DNA from: a virus | Lineage: Duplodnaviria > Caudoviricetes | Reading direction: 5' to 3' (one strand) | Virus record (IMG/VR): IMGVR_UViG_3300020161_000747 | Location: 1 to 29,031 of that record | DNA length: 29,031 bases | In this document: piece after piece, positions 24,391-29,031 of the stretch | How the letters are laid out: every line of letters starts with the position of its first letter | Numbering within the stretch: the stretch's first letter is position 1 | Notes under the pieces: model-generated | The model's input: only the letters and a program-made list of their open reading frames with translations | What the model was told of the DNA's origin: nothing | Database searches by the model: none | Program-made: the position numbers and the translations under genes

Positions 24391-24600
24391 TCAGCTCCTC
24401 GTGACGGTCATCAGATTGTTGTTGCCGTCATAAGTCATGGTCAACGTGGCAACGACTCTGCCGCTTGCGCCGCCACGTTTATACGTTGCAGTCAGAAGAT
24501 TGTTGGCGCCGTCGTAAGTGTTGACGATGTAATCATGCGTTGGGATTTCAAGCCCGTCGCGGGCAACAGCATCACCACCACCGGGGAGAACGTAAGCCAT
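24391..24600 (-). CDS. Small hypothetical virion protein
   Basis: Internal repeat TYDGANNL / TYDGNNNL. Confidence 0.7.
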   Translation of the reverse strand: MAYVLPGGGDAVARDGLEIPTHDYIVNTYDGANNLLTATYKRGGASGRVVATLTMTYDGNNNLMTVTRS

Positions 24601-24827
24601 CAGAGCCTGTAAGCAACGACGGTGCCGCTGGTCAGAGTGATGCTGGTGAAAACGCCTTCAATCTCAGTGCTTGCTTTAAAAGGGATCGCGCTCAAGGTGT
24701 TACCAGTCCAATCCTGAGCGGTCAGACTGGCAATTACTGAATCTTCAAGGGCAACGATCTTGCCGAAGCGTCCGGCATGTGCTGCGGTGTCGTCGATAAA
24801 CTCAGCACCGGGATACATGTAGCTCAT
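24600..24827 (-). CDS. Small hypothetical virion protein
   Basis: 75-aa beta-rich ORF tightly packed in the late operon. Confidence 0.7.
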   Translation of the reverse strand: MSYMYPGAEFIDDTAAHAGRFGKIVALEDSVIASLTAQDWTGNTLSAIPFKASTEIEGVFTSITLTSGTVVAYRL

Positions 24828-24829
24828 GA

Positions 24830-25396
24830 TCAGCTCCGGCGAATTGCAAAGTTGCCTGGTCCACTAATTCTAAGCCCGATCAAATACCGCTCATAAATTG
24901 GCGGCACGCGATCAGCTCCGGTTGCCATGCTGCTAGCGCCTGCTGATTCAACACGCAACGAACCGATCTGAACGGACTTGTAATCTTCAATCCCGCTCAG
25001 CCCCATACCATCCTTGTTGTTGTTCAGGTAAACGGCAAGGACACACTGAGCCTTTTTGATCTGGTCTGGGATCTCAGTGTCGGTGTAATAGTCAGTTGTA
25101 ATGCGGAAGGGGAACCCTACTGCGTAGGTGTTGATGTAGGTGTCAGGCTTCCGCACTCCGGTACGAGGCCACTGCAATGCCTGCGTATCAGTTGCGCGAG
25201 CACCTAAAAAACGCTCACGATCAATGCGCTGCGTTGCCGAAACTAGCGCACGGTTTTTTTGATCAGTGGTAGCTGATGCCCAAGCGGTTACATCATCGTC
25301 CTGAACGAAGCCTTCAATAATCAGCTCCGCTGCTGCCAGCGTCAGGTAGCTGTTGGCGTTTGCGCCCCCTACCGTTGCGTCGATTGTGATTGCCAT
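24830..25396 (-). CDS. Head-tail adaptor (often annotated DnaT-like)
   Basis: ANANSYLTLA.A, AL..AT..ID, QALQWPR, IPDQIKKAQC.LA. Confidence 0.8.
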   Translation of the reverse strand: MAITIDATVGGANANSYLTLAAAELIIEGFVQDDDVTAWASATTDQKNRALVSATQRIDRERFLGARATDTQALQWPRTGVRKPDTYINTYAVGFPFRITTDYYTDTEIPDQIKKAQCVLAVYLNNNKDGMGLSGIEDYKSVQIGSLRVESAGASSMATGADRVPPIYERYLIGLRISGPGNFAIRRS

Positions 25397-25511
25397 CGGT
25401 AGGTTCCGTGGTCAGTTCAAGTGTAGGTGCGGGCTCCGCAATAGGAAAAGAGGCTGCCTCCTTAGAAGCAGCCTCACGTTCCTGGCGTCGCCTAAAGGCG
25501 AACAATCCCAT
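25314..25511 (-). CDS. Small hypothetical protein (MGLFAFRR...)
   Basis: ATG 3 nt after the upstream stop; fills the gap. Confidence 0.55.
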   Translation of the reverse strand: MGLFAFRRRQEREAASKEAASFPIAEPAPTLELTTEPTDGNHNRRNGRGRKRQQLPDAGSSGADY

Positions 25512-25514
25512 CTA

Positions 25515-25928
25515 TCAGCCGCCCTTACGGAAAACGGTGAAAGCGGGGGTGCCCACTGCAGTGCAGACGAACACATAGGTTGCGCTGGAAGCAGCAGCCA
25601 CAGTTGCCATAGCAGCCACGCCACCCAGGGTGATACCCGAAGCAGCAGCGGTCAGCGTGATGGCATGAGTGGAAGCAGCCACGTTCACGACGGTCAGCTC
25701 AAAAGCTGTGCCGATTTCCAGCGGACCACCGATGTAGGACTTCAGATCAGCGCCGGTAGGAGTGGTGAGCGCACGACCCGTAGAAGGGGTCATGGTCACA
25801 ACACCGTTGACGCATTCAGCAGCAGTCAGGGTGGTGGCTTCATTGGAAGCAGCCTTAAGAGGATGCTTGCCGATTGCGATCTCCTGAACCGAAAGGTCAG
25901 AAGTCAGCTCGAAAATTGAAGAAGGCAT
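25515..25928 (-). CDS. Putative capsid decoration / minor head protein
   Basis: Ala/Thr-rich beta protein directly after the MCP; GAGG RBS. Confidence 0.6.
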   Translation of the reverse strand: MPSSIFELTSDLSVQEIAIGKHPLKAASNEATTLTAAECVNGVVTMTPSTGRALTTPTGADLKSYIGGPLEIGTAFELTVVNVAASTHAITLTAAASGITLGGVAAMATVAAASSATYVFVCTAVGTPAFTVFRKGG

Positions 25929-25939
25929 GACTAATTACC

Positions 25940-26968
25940 TCAATCCATGTTCGAGACGTTTGTGGCACGCACGATGCCGATGTTCTTCAGCTCATACACC
26001 TTGGACCAGTTGCCCACGGTTTCAAGCTGCGCGCGAGTCGGGTTCACCGTGGTGACGCCCCACTTAGCACCAACGGGGTGGTAGCAGTAGTGAAGGTCAA
26101 TCGACATGGCATCGCTCTTGGCGAGGATGTCACGGTCGGTTTCAGTTTGCATTGCGAGCTGTTCGCCCGATGCAACTGCACCTGCGGTGAAGAAGAAAGT
26201 GCCGTACTCAGAGCTACCACCGGAACCGGCAGTAGGCACATCGTCGGAAACGATCACCCGAAGACCCATGTAGGTCGGAACGGTCACGTCGCCGCCATAA
26301 GCAGCAACGAGCGAACCACCAGATTGAGTGGTGGAAGTGCCACGGGCTTCAGCAGTCGACACATAGTCGATAGCCTTGCGCTCAACCAGGTCGTAATAGA
26401 CCTTGGAGTGCATGGCAACCGCAGCCAGCTTGTCACCCTGATCGCCAAGGATGGCGCGGGCTTCAGCGACGTGACGGGGGCTGAGAGCAGTGGGGGTATC
26501 ACCGGACTCGGAATCGATGCAAAGATCGAAGAAAGCCGAGCTGTTGGTGTTGGTGTTCAGGCTGCCGAACACGCCGGTCAGGCAGGACAGCAGATCCTTC
26601 TGACGCTGGTTAGCGACGTAATCAGCGATCTTGGCGCCGATAGCAGCCATGGGGTCGGAACCAGCAGCAAGGGCTGCAAGGTCACGAGCCTCGAAGGCGC
26701 GACCACGGTGCAGGATCACACCGATCTGCTTGTCGGCAGTGATTTTGCCGGGGGTTAGAGAGGAGCTATCGGTCAGCACCTCGAAGTCACCGGAAAGGTT
26801 GGCTTTCCAGAAAGGAACGTTGATGAAATCACCGCCCTCGGTGGCATTCAGCTCCGCCATGGGCTGCACCACACCGGAAGCCAGGAAGGCATCACGCTGG
26901 GTGGTTTGCTCAATGACGTAAGGCGTAAATACCTCGGGGATGATGATGTCAGAGCGAAGGGTCGCCAT
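25940..26968 (-). CDS. Major capsid protein
   Basis: T.RSD.IIPEVF.PY, GGDFINVPFW, AMHSKVY..L, YMGLRVIVSD, ETDRDIL. Confidence 0.92.
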   Translation of the reverse strand: MATLRSDIIIPEVFTPYVIEQTTQRDAFLASGVVQPMAELNATEGGDFINVPFWKANLSGDFEVLTDSSSLTPGKITADKQIGVILHRGRAFEARDLAALAAGSDPMAAIGAKIADYVANQRQKDLLSCLTGVFGSLNTNTNSSAFFDLCIDSESGDTPTALSPRHVAEARAILGDQGDKLAAVAMHSKVYYDLVERKAIDYVSTAEARGTSTTQSGGSLVAAYGGDVTVPTYMGLRVIVSDDVPTAGSGGSSEYGTFFFTAGAVASGEQLAMQTETDRDILAKSDAMSIDLHYCYHPVGAKWGVTTVNPTRAQLETVGNWSKVYELKNIGIVRATNVSNMD

Positions 26969-27051
26969 GACAAGTCTCCAAGATTGGTTTACGGTTTGGG
27001 CGCAGCCCTAGGCTCTGTGCGGCGCAGCCATCACGAGCAGACAAATAAATA

Positions 27052-27729
27052 CTAACGCCCCGCTGCTACTTTTAACTTCTCGTACAAATCACGGTCAGTA
27101 CGGAACAGACGTGATTGTTCGGTGAGGTTGAAAGATTCAGGAGCGAACGGGTTTTTGGTGCCTGCATGGATGTCACCAGTGCTGCGACCAACAGGTGCGC
27201 CGCTGCCCTGTGGCTTGGGTTGCTTCTGCATCCAAGCTGGCAGTTGCTTTGCCCATTCCTGTACGGGCGTGCGCTGGTAGCCGTCCACTACCACGACGGT
27301 GCCGTCAGCTTCCCGTTCGATCTTGTCCGGCGACAGCTTGGTTTTCATAACCAAGTCAGGATCATGCACGATGTCAGCCAAGGCGCTGACAGCAGGCGTA
27401 AGCAGTTCAAGTTCACGGACGCGGGTTTCAAGTTCTGAGATGCGCTTGTCCTTCTCCGATGCCGCCTCACGGAACTGCTGCTCCAGAGCCTGTCGTGCTT
27501 CTTGGTACTTGCCTTGTGATTCGAGCTGCTGTTGCTCGTAATTGCGTTTGAACTCAAGTAGCTCATCGACATTGACCCCATCCGGCAGCTTTGGTGCTTT
27601 GGATTTGGCTTGACGCAGTTCAGCGATTAGCTCTTGGTTTTTGCGCTCTAGTGCTTCTACGCTGCGCTGCAACGCTTCAGCTTCAACCCCAGTAGCCGCA
27701 GACTCTTGGGTTTGTTGTTCGTCTGACAT
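27052..27729 (-). CDS. Capsid scaffolding protein
   Basis: Coiled-coil rich, GSGAP and C-terminal NPF...FNLTEQ; directly upstream of the MCP. Confidence 0.85.
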   Translation of the reverse strand: MSDEQQTQESAATGVEAEALQRSVEALERKNQELIAELRQAKSKAPKLPDGVNVDELLEFKRNYEQQQLESQGKYQEARQALEQQFREAASEKDKRISELETRVRELELLTPAVSALADIVHDPDLVMKTKLSPDKIEREADGTVVVVDGYQRTPVQEWAKQLPAWMQKQPKPQGSGAPVGRSTGDIHAGTKNPFAPESFNLTEQSRLFRTDRDLYEKLKVAAGR

Positions 27730-27751
27730 GGATAAGCCGCAGGCTTAATTA

Positions 27752-27770
27752 CGCTGGTATCGTACCAGCG
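27752..27770. promoter_or_regulatory. Palindrome between divergent genes containing -10-like boxes on both strands
   Basis: CGCTGGTA-TCG-TACCAGCG; TATCGT (+, 27758-27763) and TACGAT (-, 27764-27759). Confidence 0.55.
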
Positions 27771-27779
27771 AAAGCAGTA

Positions 27780-28013
27780 ATGACACGCGAATGGAATACT
27801 CCTATTCGTGAGCCGTGGAATCCTTTAATCAAGCAAGTGCTAAACGCTATCGACCGTCATGAACTGTTGTATCGGCAGACAGGCTCAGGTTGGCACGCTG
27901 CTAAGGCGCAAGAGTTGCGCTGGTATATCTCAGAACTGAAGGACTGGATTCACTGCCAGGAGGCTACCATTTCTCCCGATCAGCCCAGAACGCAGCAGAC
28001 ATCTTCCCTTTAG
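27780..28013 (+). CDS. Small hypothetical protein on the opposite strand inside the head module
   Basis: MTREWNTPIREPWNPLI...; the only substantial ORF filling 27730-27963. Confidence 0.7.
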   Translation: MTREWNTPIREPWNPLIKQVLNAIDRHELLYRQTGSGWHAAKAQELRWYISELKDWIHCQEATISPDQPRTQQTSSL

Positions 28014-28236
28014 CGATGTTTTTGGCGTGACGAGCTTTGAAGGATGCTCGCCTCGCTTCTGCTGCCTTTGATTCGCCTTGACGTGGCGGGCTGCCGCTAA
28101 CACCCTGCTGCCCGAAACGGATCAGCTTTACCTTGTCACCTTCCTTGGCGAGCACCGCGTGCGATTTGGTCGGATGCTTTGGCGTCCGCTTCGGCTTGTT
28201 GTAGCCGTCGAAGTCCTCGCCACGGTAGGTAATCAT
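27964..28236 (-). CDS. Small basic hypothetical protein
   Basis: GYNKPKRTP.HPTKSH.VLAK, IRFGQQG, SFKARH, SAA.WA...KW. Confidence 0.8.
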   Translation of the reverse strand: MITYRGEDFDGYNKPKRTPKHPTKSHAVLAKEGDKVKLIRFGQQGVSGSPPRQGESKAAEARRASFKARHAKNIAKGKMSAAFWADREKW

Positions 28237-28463
28237 TTCTTCAGCGGTGCTTCGCGCAGTTCAGACCGTAGCTTTAGCACTTTGCCGCCAGTGGATTCTG
28301 ACTTCAGTTCAAGGACAGGATCACCAGGCTGAGCGATTCGCACGACCTGCCCACCACCCTGCGTGGTGATGGTGGCACGCTTGCCAGCAGTGCCAGTCAC
28401 CTTGCCGAATGTGCGTGTGCCTTGATAAACCCAGCTAACGCGTGAACCGATGCCGATTGCCAT
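28233..28463 (-). CDS. Small SH3/Tudor-like protein (DUF2945/HVA1-like)
   Basis: GSRVSW...G.V......I...G..V.R......P......S..G..VL...SEL pattern. Confidence 0.6.
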   Translation of the reverse strand: MAIGIGSRVSWVYQGTRTFGKVTGTAGKRATITTQGGGQVVRIAQPGDPVLELKSESTGGKVLKLRSELREAPLKK

Positions 28464-28651
28464 TACTTCTTGCCTTTGGTTTGTTTTTTGGATTTGCCCG
28501 CTTCGCTAAGTGCGATAGCGATTGCCTGCTTACGACTTTTTACGGCTGGTCCTTTTCCCGGTCCCTGTTTGCCGCTTTTCAGCGTCCCGGGTTTGTACTC
28601 GCTCATCACCTTGCCGATCTTTTTCTCGGCTTTGGTCGGTTTCTTCGCCAT
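28463..28651 (-). CDS. Small Lys-rich protein (DUF6496-like)
   Basis: KIGKVMSEYK.GTLKSG...VKSRKQAIAIALSEAG; ATG at 28651. Confidence 0.75.
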   Translation of the reverse strand: MAKKPTKAEKKIGKVMSEYKPGTLKSGKQGPGKGPAVKSRKQAIAIALSEAGKSKKQTKGKK

Positions 28652-28820
28652 GACGCCAAGCTTCAATGCCTGTGAGCAGTGTAGAACCGTCAGCCGTTGC
28701 CCAGCCTTTGTCGGTGTACACGGCAGCAATCCATGCTTCACCGTGTAACGCTTCTACCACGTCGCTTTTGATGTGAAAGATCCCTTCATTCCTGAAGTGT
28801 CTAAGACTCGGCAGCTCCAT
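28530..28820 (-). CDS. Hypothetical protein
   Basis: ATG overlaps the end of the minor head gene; globular N-terminal about 56 aa. Confidence 0.6.
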   Translation of the reverse strand: MELPSLRHFRNEGIFHIKSDVVEALHGEAWIAAVYTDKGWATADGSTLLTGIEAWRHGEETDQSREKDRQGDERVQTRDAEKRQTGTGKRTSRKKS

Positions 28821-29031
28821 AGCGTCTTCTCAGTTGCTCCAAGGTTAGTTCGCTGCCATCATCGCGCACCAGCTTGGCGATAGCGTCCTTGCCGCCATAC
28901 TTGTCTACAAGCATGTTGAAATACGGCACTTTTTCTTTGCCTAGCACTTCAGCCTTGGTCGCTGCATCCTGCTTGGCTAGCCATTGCCCGTAGGACAGAT
29001 CAGCAGGCACCTGCCCGTCCATGCTGGCTCG
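28801..29031 (-). CDS. Minor head morphogenesis protein (SPP1 gp7 / Mu gpF-like), C-terminal fragment
   Basis: GQVPADLSYGQWL.KQ....EVLG...LTLEQL C-terminal signature; frame open to the window edge. Confidence 0.75.
   Translation of the reverse strand, partial: RASMDGQVPADLSYGQWLAKQDAATKAEVLGKEKVPYFNMLVDKYGGKDAIAKLVRDDGSELTLEQLRRRYGAAES

Noticed and set aside
8806-27541. Long + strand ORFs such as 8806-9345, 10101-10619, 21957-22670, 25353-25919 and 26078-26758
   Set aside because: Antisense shadows of clearly identified - strand structural genes, with no recognisable motifs.
1-29031. tRNA genes, introns/inteins, integrase, stop-codon reassignment, photosynthesis AMGs
   Set aside because: None recognised by eye. 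Known proteins are full-length under the standard code, and TAA, TAG and TGA all act as stops.

Overview
About 29 kb of a long-tailed (siphovirus-type) dsDNA phage. The host is most likely a picocyanobacterium (Synechococcus/Cyanobium type); this is inferred from the RpoD-like sigma factor, dCTP deaminase and the small-gene families. Positions 1-6327 (+) are an early/middle arm: an array of short variable genes, dcd, RusA, a Sak/Rad52-like annealase, SSB, a sigma-70-family factor and a Zn-ribbon protein. Positions 6149-29031 (-) are the late arm, read right to left: minor head protein, small basic proteins, scaffold, major capsid, neck genes, tail tube, tail chaperones, tape measure, lambda-like L/K/J/M tip genes, two extra tube-fold proteins, two fibre genes and a lysis cassette with a dual-domain endolysin. 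Five signals are not explained by the gene calls. (1) Short inverted repeats with an exact 7-bp spacer (TAGT-N7-ACTA and relatives) punctuate the variable gene array and recur in one codon register at module junctions of the tail fibre, suggesting a cassette/module-shuffling system. (2) The tail-chaperone frameshift cannot be the usual -1. (3) The sigma factor has a remodelled -35 helix, and a series of -10-like boxes sits at late-gene junctions. (4) C(UGC)G hairpins are repeated in the scaffold and capsid leaders. (5) There are three paralogous tail-tube-fold genes. All calls come from reading the sequence by eye; no database search was run.
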